Assembly (NCBI GenBank): GCA_963803435.1
Contig: CAWDML010000001.1
Location: forward strand, 544,001-608,000
Direction of reading: 5' to 3'
DNA: 64,000 nucleotides
Origin: an uncultured delta proteobacterium
GTDB lineage: Bacteria > Myxococcota > Kuafuiibacteriia > Kuafuiibacteriales > Kuafuiibacteriaceae
Position 1 is the first letter of the stretch. Each line of letters begins with the position of its first letter. Of this stretch, positions 49,755-59,735 are shown piece by piece. The notes below the pieces were generated by a model, which worked only from the letters and a program-made list of their open reading frames with translations, made no database searches and was not told where the DNA came from. Both the position numbers and the translations under genes were made by a program.

Positions 49755-51032
49755 ATGTTGATCGCGATGATGACGTACGCGATCGCGCAGGGCGCGATCG
49801 GTGGACCGGAGCAGCTCACGGTGGATCGCGTGGTGGAGCTCGGGCTGGCCCGCCACCCAGAGGTGAACGCGGCGCGGGCCCAGGCCGAGAGCCGGCGGAA
49901 CGACGCGTCGAGCGTCCGCGGGCGCCTCTTCCCGACGATCGCGGTCTCGGACGAGTACGCGCACTATACCGAGCCCTTCACGATCGACTTCGGCGGCAAC
50001 GCGTTCGAGGCGCGCAAGCAAGACACCAACACGTTCGCCGCCTCCGCCACCCAGCCGCTGCTCGGCCTGCTGGGACGCATCGAGCACTACCGGGCGGCCC
50101 TCGCCGGCGCGGACGCCTCCGCGACCGAGCTGGCGGTCGCGGAGGCTTCGCTCCGCGAGGGGCTCGAGATCGCGTACCTCCAGCTGTTCGAGTCCCTGGC
50201 GCTGGAGTCGATCGCGCTCGAGTCCAAGCGCGAGCTCGACGCCCAGCGCGCCGTGGTCGAGTCCAAGGTGCGCGCGGGGGCCATGACCGACGCCGACCGG
50301 CTGCGGGTCGAGGTCAGCGCCCGAGCCGCGGAGCAGGAGGCGATCGAGGCGCGCACCCGGGCCGAGGGGGCGCGCGCCGTGCTCCTGGGCGCGATCGGCC
50401 TGTCGCCGGTGGCCAATACCGTGGAGCTGCTCGAGCCCGTGGAGCTGCTGAAGGTGAGCAAGTCAGCCCCGCCGAGCTACGACGAGGCGCACCAGACCGC
50501 GCTCGAGCAGCGCCCAGAGCTTCGCGCCGCCGTCCAGCGACAGGAGGCCGCCGACCACCAGCGCATGGCGGCTTGGTTCGACCTGCTGCCCGAGATCGAC
50601 GCCGAGGCCGTCTACCTCCACGCGGACGGCCAGACCTTCGTCCCCAACAATCAGGGCTATGTCGGCGTCACCGCGCGCTGGCGGGTGTTCGAGGGCGGCG
50701 CCAGCTTCTATCAGCAGCGCTCCGCTTCCGCGCAGGCCGAGGCGGCGGCGCTCTCGGCAGACGATGCGAAGGAGAAGATCGAGGTCGAGCTGGCCCAGCG
50801 CCTCGCCGCGCTGCGAGCGGCGCAGAGCGCTATCTCGGTCTCGGAGAAGGCGATCGAGAGCGCCACAGAGGCGTACCGGGTCATGAAGGTGCAGGTCGAG
50901 GAAGGCGCCGCCACCACCACCGATCTCCTCGACTCCGAATCCGCGCTCAGCCAGGCGCGGCTACGTCGCGCGCGCGCCGAATACGAGACCGCGATCGCCT
51001 GGGTGCAGCTGGTGCGGGCGCGCGGGCGTTGA
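49755..51032 (+). CDS. TolC-family outer-membrane efflux protein
   Basis: Two OEP-type repeats (FPTI, ALEQRPEL, G.ATTTDLLD); last gene of the efflux operon. Confidence 0.88.
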   Translation: MLIAMMTYAIAQGAIGGPEQLTVDRVVELGLARHPEVNAARAQAESRRNDASSVRGRLFPTIAVSDEYAHYTEPFTIDFGGNAFEARKQDTNTFAASATQPLLGLLGRIEHYRAALAGADASATELAVAEASLREGLEIAYLQLFESLALESIALESKRELDAQRAVVESKVRAGAMTDADRLRVEVSARAAEQEAIEARTRAEGARAVLLGAIGLSPVANTVELLEPVELLKVSKSAPPSYDEAHQTALEQRPELRAAVQRQEAADHQRMAAWFDLLPEIDAEAVYLHADGQTFVPNNQGYVGVTARWRVFEGGASFYQQRSASAQAEAAALSADDAKEKIEVELAQRLAALRAAQSAISVSEKAIESATEAYRVMKVQVEEGAATTTDLLDSESALSQARLRRARAEYETAIAWVQLVRARGR

Positions 51033-51079
51033 CCTCCGCCTCACTACGGTCCCGACCAGCCGGGTGATACATTGCCTGG

Positions 51080-51922
51080 ATGACCACGCTGCTGTTCACG
51101 GCGCTGGTCGGTGCGGGCTCGCTGGTCGCCGGTTTTCTGGGCGCCCTGACCGGGCTGGGCGGTGGGGTCGTGGTGGTCCCGATGCTGGTGCTGGCCTTCG
51201 GGATCGATCTGCACTACGCCATCGGCGCCTCGCTGGTCTCGGTCATCGCCACCTCATCGGGCGCCGCCGCCTCCTATCTGAAGGAGGGCTACTCGAACAT
51301 CCGGATCGGCATGCTGCTCGAGGTGGCGACCACCAGCGGCGCGCTCCTGGGCGCGTTCCTGGTGGCCTCGGCCCTCATCCCCAAGAGCGCGGTCGAGCTC
51401 GTCTTCGGGCTGATGCTGCTTTTCTCCGCGATCGTGTCGAGCCGCCCGCGCTCGGCGGAGAAGCGGGCCGCCGAGCCCGATCCGGTCGCGACTCGCCTCC
51501 GGCTCGACGGCAGCTACCCGACCCAGTCCGGGCCGATGAGCTACCACGTCGCCGGCGTCTTCTCCGGCTTCGCTCTGATGTTCGTGGCCGGGATCCTGTC
51601 CGGCCTCCTAGGCATCGGATCCGGCGCGCTCAAGGTGCTGGCGATGGACCAGGCGATGAAGATCCCGTTCAAGGTCTCGACGACGACCAGCAACTTCATG
51701 ATCGGCGTGACCGCCGCCGCCAGCGCCGGGATCTATCTCGGAAAGGGTTACGTCGATCCCGGTCTGACCATGCCGGTCATGCTCGGTGTCCTGACCGGCT
51801 CGGTGCTGGGCGCGCGGGCGCTCCACGCCATCCAGACCCGCTGGTTGAGGCGACTCTTCGCCGGCGTGATCCTGTTCTTGGCGGTGCAAATGATCTACCG
51901 GGCCTTCGGAGGCGCGCTGTGA
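51080..51922 (+). CDS. TauE/SafE-family (TSUP) transporter
   Basis: GALTGLGGG, SLVSVIATSSGAA, SGLLGIGSG and KVSTTTSNFMIGVTAA. Confidence 0.92.
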   Translation: MTTLLFTALVGAGSLVAGFLGALTGLGGGVVVVPMLVLAFGIDLHYAIGASLVSVIATSSGAAASYLKEGYSNIRIGMLLEVATTSGALLGAFLVASALIPKSAVELVFGLMLLFSAIVSSRPRSAEKRAAEPDPVATRLRLDGSYPTQSGPMSYHVAGVFSGFALMFVAGILSGLLGIGSGALKVLAMDQAMKIPFKVSTTTSNFMIGVTAAASAGIYLGKGYVDPGLTMPVMLGVLTGSVLGARALHAIQTRWLRRLFAGVILFLAVQMIYRAFGGAL

Positions 51923-52290
51923 ACGAGCACGAGACCGAGGTGAGGCTCGGCAAGCTCCTTCGCGGCGGGGTGACGATCGCCGCGCTGATCGTCGCCGTGG
52001 GAGGCATCCTGTACCTGCTCCAGCACGGCCACCAACCGTTCGGGCACCAAACATTCGTGCCCGGACCGGAGTGGGTGCGCACCCCGACCGGGATCGCGAG
52101 CGGCGTCCTCCACCTCGACGGCGGCGCGATCATCCAGCTCGGCCTCCTGCTCCTGATCGCGACGCCGGTGGCACGCGTCGCATTCGCGGCGGTCGCGTTC
52201 CTCCGGCAGGGTGACTACACGTACGTCGCCATCACGCTCATCGTCCTCGGGATCCTCACCTACAGCTTCTTCGCAGGCCGCGCGGTCTGA
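51919..52290 (+). CDS. DUF1634-family membrane protein
   Basis: LLRGGV and IIQLGLLLLIATPVARV; GTGA overlap with the TauE gene, its usual partner. Confidence 0.85.
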   Translation: MNEHETEVRLGKLLRGGVTIAALIVAVGGILYLLQHGHQPFGHQTFVPGPEWVRTPTGIASGVLHLDGGAIIQLGLLLLIATPVARVAFAAVAFLRQGDYTYVAITLIVLGILTYSFFAGRAV

Positions 52291-52296
52291 TCGACG

Positions 52297-53733
52297 TCAA
52301 TACTCCGGATCCTCCTCGTCGTAGCTGATCCGGGTCGGCTGCCAGTCGTAGATGTCTTCGCCCCAACCGCTCCACTCGCCCGAGTCCTCATCGTCGAGGT
52401 CCTCGAAGACGGCCGGGTAGATCCCGTCCTCCTCCGGCTCCTCACTGTCTGCGTACGCGTCGACAAAGCTGCGCTCCGGATCCGCGAAGCGAACGTTGGA
52501 GCGGGCGAGGAGCCCCGCGACCACGCGGTCCGTCAGCGCGTGCCGGGATGGGAGCACCAGCTCGCGGATCGCCTCCCACCGCGCTCCGCCGAGGATGATC
52601 TCGGCCTCCTCGTCCGACACGTGCCCGCCCGAGAGATCGATCGTCTCGAGCTGCCGGAAGAGCGGCGCGCGTCCCAGGGCCGCCAGGAGGTCGGAGCTGT
52701 GCGGGAGCTCGAGCACCAGCGTGCGGAGCCGGGGCGCGCCCGAGGCTCCCAGCAGCGGGTCGAGCGGATCCGCGAGCGCACAGGCGCTGCCATCGCTGTA
52801 GATCGGGTGGCCGAAGCCGAGGACCAGCGTCTCCAGCCGGGGCCACGACGCACACGCCACCGCGGACAGAGCGCCCTCCTGCAGCTGATCAGTCGAGAGC
52901 TCGAAGCGACGGGCGTTCGGCAGCGACAAACCGCGGAGCTCCAGCCCGAAGCCGCCTCGAAGCGCGACGTGCTCGAGCTCGCGTGCGCGGCCGAACAGCT
53001 CGAGGAGCCGCGGGAGGCGACAGTACATCGCAGCTCCCCCTTCGCGGAGTCGCCCGAGGGCCAGCTCGATCAAGGTCGGAGGGAGGCCGACCTCGATCAT
53101 CGCATCGATCGTCTGCAGGTAGTCGGCGTTGTCGTCGAAGCGCTGCACCTCGAGCCGCCTCAGAAAGCGCGCCGAGTGATTCTGGAGCAGCCGCCGCACC
53201 GTCACGGCCGTCATGTGGCCGGGATCTCCGGCGTCGCGAGGCGCGGCCACGCGCGCAGAGCGCATGAACCCGAGGTGCCACTCGATCCGGACGGCCTCGA
53301 TCACGCTGGCCAGCTCGCCGAAGAAGTAGCCGGCCCGGCTCGACAGCAACCGCTCGGCCGCCTCGGCGAGCCCGGCGTGGTGCATCGCGACCAGCTCGCC
53401 GCGCGGATCACCGTGGGCCTCCAGCCAGTCACCGTAGACCAGATACGGATCGACCGCCTCCGGATCGGCGCGGATCATCGCCTCGAGCGCCTCGTCGCGC
53501 GCCACCGGACCCGCAGGGCCGGCCTCGTGCTCGGTCCATCCGAGCGCCAGCCGCGCGTCGACCTCGCGCTTCACCAGGTCGGCCACCTCGGCCGGGGTGG
53601 CGAGGACCTGGCGCAGGACCTCGGACTCGACGCCATCGACGCTCTCGACGATCTCGACGACCGGACCCTCCCACGTGATCTCCCAGCACCGCTCGCGGCC
53701 GTCGTCGGACGAAAGCAAGGTGCGCGTCTCCAC
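52297..53733 (-). CDS. WGR-like + TIGR02996-like + LRR protein with an acidic tail
   Basis: RCWEITWEG...LALGW; IRADPE...YLVYGDWLEAHGDPRGEL; WHLGF; LRR-like repeats (WPRLETLVLG, LETIDLS). Confidence 0.7.
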   Translation of the reverse strand: METRTLLSSDDGRERCWEITWEGPVVEIVESVDGVESEVLRQVLATPAEVADLVKREVDARLALGWTEHEAGPAGPVARDEALEAMIRADPEAVDPYLVYGDWLEAHGDPRGELVAMHHAGLAEAAERLLSSRAGYFFGELASVIEAVRIEWHLGFMRSARVAAPRDAGDPGHMTAVTVRRLLQNHSARFLRRLEVQRFDDNADYLQTIDAMIEVGLPPTLIELALGRLREGGAAMYCRLPRLLELFGRARELEHVALRGGFGLELRGLSLPNARRFELSTDQLQEGALSAVACASWPRLETLVLGFGHPIYSDGSACALADPLDPLLGASGAPRLRTLVLELPHSSDLLAALGRAPLFRQLETIDLSGGHVSDEEAEIILGGARWEAIRELVLPSRHALTDRVVAGLLARSNVRFADPERSFVDAYADSEEPEEDGIYPAVFEDLDDEDSGEWSGWGEDIYDWQPTRISYDEEDPEY

Positions 53734-53786
53734 GGGCCCCGACTATAACCCCGCGGGCGCGGCCTCCGTGCTAGCATCTCCCGCCC

Positions 53787-54812
53787 ATGACCAAGCTGCG
53801 CGTGCTGACCGGGATCCAGCCGACCGGCGTCCCGCATCTCGGCAATTATCTCGGCGCGATCCAACCCGCCATCGAGCTGGCGAAGACGCACGACTCCTTC
53901 CTCTTCATCGCGGATCTGCACGCCCTCACCGGGAAGCAGGATCCGAAGCAGCTCACCGAGCACACGTACTCGGTAGCGGCGGCCTGGCTGGCCCACGGGC
54001 TCGATCCCGAGACGGTCGCGTTCTACCGCCAGAGCGACATCCCCGAGGTGCCGACGCTGGCCTGGATCCTGGGCTGCGTGCTCCCCAAGGGCTTGCTCGA
54101 GCGGGCCCACTCCTACAAGGACGCGCTCGAGAACAAGGGCCTCACCAAGGACACCGTCAAGATGGGCCTGTTCTCGTATCCCGTGCTGATGGCGGCCGAC
54201 ATCCTCGCCTTCGACACGGACGTGGTGCCCGTGGGCAAGGATCAGAAGCAGCACCTGGAGATCTGTCAGGAGGCGGCGCACAAGTTCAACCTGACCTACG
54301 GCCAGACGCTCAAAGTGCCGGAGGCGCGGATCGACGACAAGGTCATGACCGTCCCCGGACTCGACGGCCGCAAGATGTCGAAGAGCTACGACAACACCAT
54401 CCGCGTGCTCGGAACCTCCGATAAAGATCTGCAGAAGAAGATGGTCAACAAGATCGTCTGCGACTCGACGCCGCTCGGCGAGCCGCTCGCGACCGAGAGC
54501 AGCGTGGTCGCCCAGCTCTACGCGCTCTTCGCCGGCCCCGAGCAGAACGAGCGGTTCCTCTCGCGCGCCCGGAGCGGCCGGGTCGATCCGGACGATCCGG
54601 CGAGCGAGCCCTTCGGATGGGGCAGCGCCAAGAAGGAGCTCTTCGAGGTCCTGAACGAGCGCTTCCGCGGGCCGCGCGCCGAGTACGCCCGCCTGATGAA
54701 CGACCGGGGACACCTCGACCAGCTCCTCGCGCGCGGCGCCGAGCAGGCCCGTGCCGTCGCCGGCGAGGTCCTGGGCCGCGTCATGGCCGCGACCGGGTTG
54801 CGGTCCCCGTGA
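53787..54812 (+). CDS. trpS: tryptophanyl-tRNA synthetase
   Basis: TGIQPTG.PHLGNY, YPVLMAADIL, VPVGKDQKQHLE and KMSKS. Confidence 0.97.
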   Translation: MTKLRVLTGIQPTGVPHLGNYLGAIQPAIELAKTHDSFLFIADLHALTGKQDPKQLTEHTYSVAAAWLAHGLDPETVAFYRQSDIPEVPTLAWILGCVLPKGLLERAHSYKDALENKGLTKDTVKMGLFSYPVLMAADILAFDTDVVPVGKDQKQHLEICQEAAHKFNLTYGQTLKVPEARIDDKVMTVPGLDGRKMSKSYDNTIRVLGTSDKDLQKKMVNKIVCDSTPLGEPLATESSVVAQLYALFAGPEQNERFLSRARSGRVDPDDPASEPFGWGSAKKELFEVLNERFRGPRAEYARLMNDRGHLDQLLARGAEQARAVAGEVLGRVMAATGLRSP

Positions 54813-56070
54813 TCTCGCGGCAGGACGCGAGCGGTCCCAGCGAGCGCTCGCGCGCGTCGAGGATCGCCATCACCCGCGTGATGACCTCCTCCGACTGCAG
54901 GATCGACGTGTGGGTCTCGTCGTAGCCGTACACGCCCTCCGAAGCGAACTGCGCCCGCGCGTCGAGGACGCTCGACAGCATCACCACGCCGTCGCTGCTC
55001 GGCCCGCCGACCCCGCGGTAGCCGAAGAAGAGATACTGCTTCACGTAGCTGGGCAGCGCCTGCTGGTACATGTGCTTGATGAACTGACTGTTCGGGACCA
55101 TGTCGATCCACGCCGGCGCGACCACCGGCGAGAAGCGCACGCCCGCCTGCGCGCCCGCGTGGCCGTTGAACGGCGTGGAGATGCTGATGAAGGTGCGGAC
55201 CAGATCCTGCCGCTTCTCGGCGACGCTCTGGTTGATGAAGGAGCGCGCGATCAGTCCGCCCATGCTGTGGGCGACGACGTGCATGCGGGACGGCTTGTAG
55301 CGGACGCCGATCTCGCGCACGGCCTCCGCGAGATAGCCGCTGATGAAGCGCAGTCGCAGCCCCGAGGGATATGCGAGGAACCACACCTGATAGCGATCGC
55401 GGTCGAGGGCCTCGATCAGCTTCCGGAGGTCCTGCGGGGAGCCCTCCATGCCGTGCACGAACAGCACGGGTGTCTTGCACGCGTCGTAGGGCGCCAGGAA
55501 GAAGAGACCCATCTGATCGCGGCTGAGCGCCGTCAGGGGCCGCCACATGCCGGCCACCCCGCTCTTCCGCGAGAAGCGCCGCTCGTCGAGCGACACCACC
55601 TCGCCGAGGGTCTGACGGAACGATCCGAGCATGGGATTGTCGCCCGAGTCCGAGAGGTCGATGGGTGGGTGCGCTCGGGTCGCGCGGGCGCGGAGCTGGA
55701 TGTCGAGGCCGATCTGGTTGTCGCGCTCCGAGAGCTCGATGCCGTCGCGAAGCTCGCCAATCGGCTCGCCCTCCTGGTGGATGAAGTCCTGGTTCACGTC
55801 CTCGAAGGCGAAGACGCGGAACCGCCCCGGCGGGAGGAGCAGGTTGTAGACGCCGGCGCCGAGCATCACCTCGTAGTTGAGGACCCGGGGCCCGTCGGGC
55901 GTCTCTTGCAGCGCCACCACCAGCACCGGCTCCGACTTGTCGGTGAGCGCATGCACCATCCCGCTGATCCGGGTGACGCTCTCTGAGAACACGCCGAACT
56001 CGCGATTCGCGTGGACCAGGCGGCAGCTTCCGGCAAACAGCGCCACGAGCACGACGGGGAGCGCCCGCAT
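54781..56070 (-). CDS. alpha/beta-hydrolase lipoprotein (lipase/esterase-like)
   Basis: Lipobox AGSC; PVLFVHG, AHSMGG, STPFNG, SDGVV and ETHTSIL. Confidence 0.85.
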   Translation of the reverse strand: MRALPVVLVALFAGSCRLVHANREFGVFSESVTRISGMVHALTDKSEPVLVVALQETPDGPRVLNYEVMLGAGVYNLLLPPGRFRVFAFEDVNQDFIHQEGEPIGELRDGIELSERDNQIGLDIQLRARATRAHPPIDLSDSGDNPMLGSFRQTLGEVVSLDERRFSRKSGVAGMWRPLTALSRDQMGLFFLAPYDACKTPVLFVHGMEGSPQDLRKLIEALDRDRYQVWFLAYPSGLRLRFISGYLAEAVREIGVRYKPSRMHVVAHSMGGLIARSFINQSVAEKRQDLVRTFISISTPFNGHAGAQAGVRFSPVVAPAWIDMVPNSQFIKHMYQQALPSYVKQYLFFGYRGVGGPSSDGVVMLSSVLDARAQFASEGVYGYDETHTSILQSEEVITRVMAILDARERSLGPLASCREITGTATRSRP

Positions 56071-56122
56071 CCCCAGTTTGTCTACCACGTCCGGGCCAGG
56101 TCTGCGTTACCATGCCCGAATC

Positions 56123-56563
56123 GTGGGCGAGAGTGAGCGAGCCGACATCGAGGACGTCCGCAGGTTCATGGACATGATCCCCTTCAACGCGGTGCTCGGG
56201 ATCCGGATCGACGCGCTCTCCGACGGCTTCTGCAGGATGTCGATCCCGTTTCGAGACGAGCTGATCGGTGATCCGGTCCGGCCTGCGCTGCACGGTGGTG
56301 TCCTCTCCGCGGCTATCGACACGTGCGGCGGCGCGGCCATCTGGACCCAAATCGACAAGGGCGATGCGATTTCGACGGTCGATCTCCGCGTCGACTACCT
56401 GCGGCCGGGCCAACCCCGAGAGTTCGTGGTGGAGGGGCGAGTCCTGCGCCTCGGCAACCGTGTCGGGGTGGCCGAGATGATCGCGTATCATCCCGGCGGT
56501 GAGGGTGAGCCGATCGCCTCGGGAAAAGGAGTCTACAACGTTCGTAGGCTCAATGACCGCTGA
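56123..56563 (+). CDS. PaaI-family hot-dog thioesterase
   Basis: IPFNAVLG, LHGGVLSAAID and TVDLRVDYLRP; start approximate. Confidence 0.9.
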   Translation: MGESERADIEDVRRFMDMIPFNAVLGIRIDALSDGFCRMSIPFRDELIGDPVRPALHGGVLSAAIDTCGGAAIWTQIDKGDAISTVDLRVDYLRPGQPREFVVEGRVLRLGNRVGVAEMIAYHPGGEGEPIASGKGVYNVRRLNDR

Positions 56564-56590
56564 TCTTGTACACTCCTACGGACCTGAACC

Positions 56591-56905
56591 ATGGCCACGA
56601 AACCAGGCGGAAGCACCGAGGTCCTGCATGAGACCAAAGAGACGACGCAGAGGCCTCGCATGTTCAAAGTGCTATTCCACAACGACGATTACACCACCAT
56701 GGAGTTCGTCGTGTCCGTCCTGATGACGGTTTTTCACCATAGCGAATCCGAGGCACTCCGCATCATGATGCACGTTCACACGAATGGAGTCGGAGTGGCG
56801 GGCGTTTTCACCCGAGAGATTGCAGAGACGAAGACCGCGCAGACGACCGCCTTGGCAAGGAAGAACGAGTTCCCGCTCGAAGTGACGATCGAGCCGGTGG
56901 ATTGA
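56591..56905 (+). CDS. clpS: Clp protease adaptor ClpS
   Basis: HNDDYTTMEFVV, MMHVH..G and FPL. Confidence 0.97.
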   Translation: MATKPGGSTEVLHETKETTQRPRMFKVLFHNDDYTTMEFVVSVLMTVFHHSESEALRIMMHVHTNGVGVAGVFTREIAETKTAQTTALARKNEFPLEVTIEPVD

Positions 56906-56910
56906 GCGAG

Positions 56911-59214
56911 ATGGAATACACGCAAGAGCTGAAGGATACCCTCGCGACCGCATTCAACGAGGCCCTGCGACGCAGGCACGAGTTTGTGACGCTCGAGCAC
57001 GTGCTGTACGCGATGCTCGATGATCCGAACGGCAGCAAGATCATCCGGGCCTGCGGCGGCGACCTCGACGCCCTGAAGGGCGATCTCGAGAACTTCTTCG
57101 AGATGAACGTGCAGCCGCTGCCCGACGGCATCGAGCAGGACCCGCAGCAGACGCTGGCCTTCCAGCGGGTCTTCCAGCGGGCGGTGATGCACGTGCAGTC
57201 GTCGGGCAAGTCCGTCATGGACACCAGCAACCTGCTGGTCGCGTTCTTCCGCGAGCATGACTCCTACGCGGTCTACCTCCTGCAGAAGCAGGGCATCTCG
57301 CGCCTCGACGTGGTCCGCTACATCTCCCACGGCATCGCCAAGGTGCCGCAGGACGGCGACGCCCACCCGACCGAGGCCGCCGAGCGCGCGCCGAACGAGG
57401 ACGGACAGAAGAGCCCGCTCGAGGCATTCGCCACCAACCTCAACCGGGAAGCGGCCGAGGGGCGGATCGATCCGCTGATCGGGCGCGAGGAGGAGATCGA
57501 GCGGACGCTGCAGGTGCTCTGCCGGCGGCGCAAGAACAACCCGATCTTCGTGGGCGATCCGGGCGTCGGCAAGACGGCCATCGCAGAGGGCCTGGCGCTC
57601 CGGATCTTCGAGGGCAAGGTCCCCGAGATCCTCAAGGACGCGAACATCTTCTCCCTCGACATGGGCGCTCTGCTCGCCGGGACCAAGTTCCGCGGCGACT
57701 TCGAGGAGCGCCTCAAGGGCGTGCTGAACGAGATCAAGCGCATCCCCAACGCGATCCTCTTCATCGACGAGATCCACACCGTGGTCGGGGCCGGCGCCAC
57801 CCAGGACGGCTCGCTGGACGCGGCCAACCTGATCAAGCCGGCGCTCCAGTCGGGCGAGCTCCGCTGCATCGGCTCCACCACCCACAAGGACTACAAGTCG
57901 TCGATCGAGAAGGACCACGCCCTGGCGCGGCGCTTCCAGAAGATCGTCATCCGCGAGCCCTCGGTGGAGGAGACGTACCAGATCCTCAAGGGCCTCCGGC
58001 AGTACTACGAGGAGCACCACGCGGTGCGATACACCGATCCGGCGCTCCGGCTGGCGGCCGAGCTCTCGGCCAAGCACATCAACGAGCGCTTCCTCCCCGA
58101 CAAGGCGATCGACGTGATCGACGAGGCGGGCGCGGCCCAGCGGCTCCAGCCGCCCGGCAAGCGGAAGAAGAAGATCGGGCAGTCCGACATCGAGAAGATC
58201 ATCGCGAAGATCGCGCAGATCCCGCCGAAGAGCGTCACCGCGGACGACCGCAGCGCCCTGGCGAACCTGGAGCGCGAGCTGAAGCTGGTGATCTTCGGCC
58301 AGGACGATGCGATCGGGCGCGTGACCAACGCGATCAAGCTGAACCGTTCCGGCCTGGGCGCGCAGGAGCGTCCGGTCGGCTCGTTCCTCTTCGCGGGGCC
58401 CACCGGCGTCGGCAAGACGGAGCTGGCCAAGCAGCTCGCCGCCGTCATGGGGATCAACTTCCTCCGCTTCGACATGTCGGAGTACAGCGAGAAGCACACG
58501 GTCTCACGGCTGATCGGCGCCCCTCCCGGCTACGTGGGCTTCGATCAGGGCGGCCTGCTTACCGACGCGATCCGGAAGACGCCGCACTCGGTGCTCCTCC
58601 TCGACGAGATCGAGAAGGCGCACCCCGACATCTTCAACGTGCTCCTCCAGGTCATGGACCACGCGACGCTGACGGACAACAACGGCCGCCAGGCCGACTT
58701 CCGCAACGTCATCATCATCATGACCACCAACGCCGGTGCACGAGAGATGGCCTCGAACAAGATCGGCTTCACGCGCGACGTCGATGCACCGGACGCCGAC
58801 AAGGCGCTCCAGAATGTCTTCTCACCCGAGTTCCGCAACCGCCTCGACGCCATGGTCACCTTCAGCCAGCTGAAGGAGGACGTGGTGATGATGGTGGTCG
58901 ACAAGTTCATCAACGAGCTCGACGTCCTCCTCGCCGAGAAGAAGGTCACCATCGACCTGTCGCTCGAGGCGAAGAAGTGGCTCGCCGAGAAGGGCTACTC
59001 GCCCCAGTACGGCGCGCGGCCCATGGCCCGTGTCATCCAGAACGAGCTCAAGCGGCCGCTCGCTGACGAGATCTTGTTCGGGAAGCTGGTCGAGGGCGGG
59101 CACGTCGACGTCGACGTCGCCGGCGAAGGCGACGATCGGAAGATGGTGATGACGTTCTCGGAGAACGAGCGCACGCAGGCGGAGAGCCAGCCCGCCGAGC
59201 CCGCTGAGGCGTAG
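56911..59214 (+). CDS. clpA: ATP-dependent Clp protease ATP-binding subunit ClpA
   Basis: [40 protein letters not shown] and IGF loop; no M-domain; follows clpS. Confidence 0.97.
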   Translation: MEYTQELKDTLATAFNEALRRRHEFVTLEHVLYAMLDDPNGSKIIRACGGDLDALKGDLENFFEMNVQPLPDGIEQDPQQTLAFQRVFQRAVMHVQSSGKSVMDTSNLLVAFFREHDSYAVYLLQKQGISRLDVVRYISHGIAKVPQDGDAHPTEAAERAPNEDGQKSPLEAFATNLNREAAEGRIDPLIGREEEIERTLQVLCRRRKNNPIFVGDPGVGKTAIAEGLALRIFEGKVPEILKDANIFSLDMGALLAGTKFRGDFEERLKGVLNEIKRIPNAILFIDEIHTVVGAGATQDGSLDAANLIKPALQSGELRCIGSTTHKDYKSSIEKDHALARRFQKIVIREPSVEETYQILKGLRQYYEEHHAVRYTDPALRLAAELSAKHINERFLPDKAIDVIDEAGAAQRLQPPGKRKKKIGQSDIEKIIAKIAQIPPKSVTADDRSALANLERELKLVIFGQDDAIGRVTNAIKLNRSGLGAQERPVGSFLFAGPTGVGKTELAKQLAAVMGINFLRFDMSEYSEKHTVSRLIGAPPGYVGFDQGGLLTDAIRKTPHSVLLLDEIEKAHPDIFNVLLQVMDHATLTDNNGRQADFRNVIIIMTTNAGAREMASNKIGFTRDVDAPDADKALQNVFSPEFRNRLDAMVTFSQLKEDVVMMVVDKFINELDVLLAEKKVTIDLSLEAKKWLAEKGYSPQYGARPMARVIQNELKRPLADEILFGKLVEGGHVDVDVAGEGDDRKMVMTFSENERTQAESQPAEPAEA

Positions 59215-59242
59215 GTGGCGTTGGATTGAAGTGTTCCGAGGC

Positions 59243-59650
59243 TCACCAAACACTCTCCAACCCCTCATAGCCCCGCACCTTCGTGATCCCGCGCCGCCCG
59301 CGCGCGCGGTTGAGCGCCCGCTTGAGCACCGCATACGCCTCGAAGAACGCGCGGATCACCACGACGTCTCTCTTGCGGAGCGGGCGGGGGGAGAGGATCA
59401 GCTTCGGGTCCTCCTGTCCGTCGTCGACGAAGCACACGACGCCGCGGCGCTCAGCCGCAGCGCGGGTGCCGGCGGGGAGGCGCGGGCCGAGCAAGACGGC
59501 GTCCATCGGATCGCCGTCGGGGCTCTCGGTGTCGGGGACGCTGCCGTAGTTGAACGGGCAAGGAAACGGCGAGACGAAGTCGATCGATCCGTCGGGTCTT
59601 CGTTTGACGAAGCTGAGCTTCGGTACCTCGACGACGACCTCGACCTTCAC
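59243..59650 (-). CDS. short family I inorganic pyrophosphatase-like protein
   Basis: VEVPK...K, PFNYG..P.T...DGDPMD and D.G..DPKLI; start 59650 or 59689. Confidence 0.8.
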   Translation of the reverse strand: MKVEVVVEVPKLSFVKRRPDGSIDFVSPFPCPFNYGSVPDTESPDGDPMDAVLLGPRLPAGTRAAAERRGVVCFVDDGQEDPKLILSPRPLRKRDVVVIRAFFEAYAVLKRALNRARGRRGITKVRGYEGLESVW

Positions 59651-59735
59651 CCGTCGGACGGTATCCGCCCTCCGCGCGGAATCGATCATCCTTTCGTCGT
59701 AGCGCTTGCCGGCAACCGCAACCCGGGGAGCGCCG

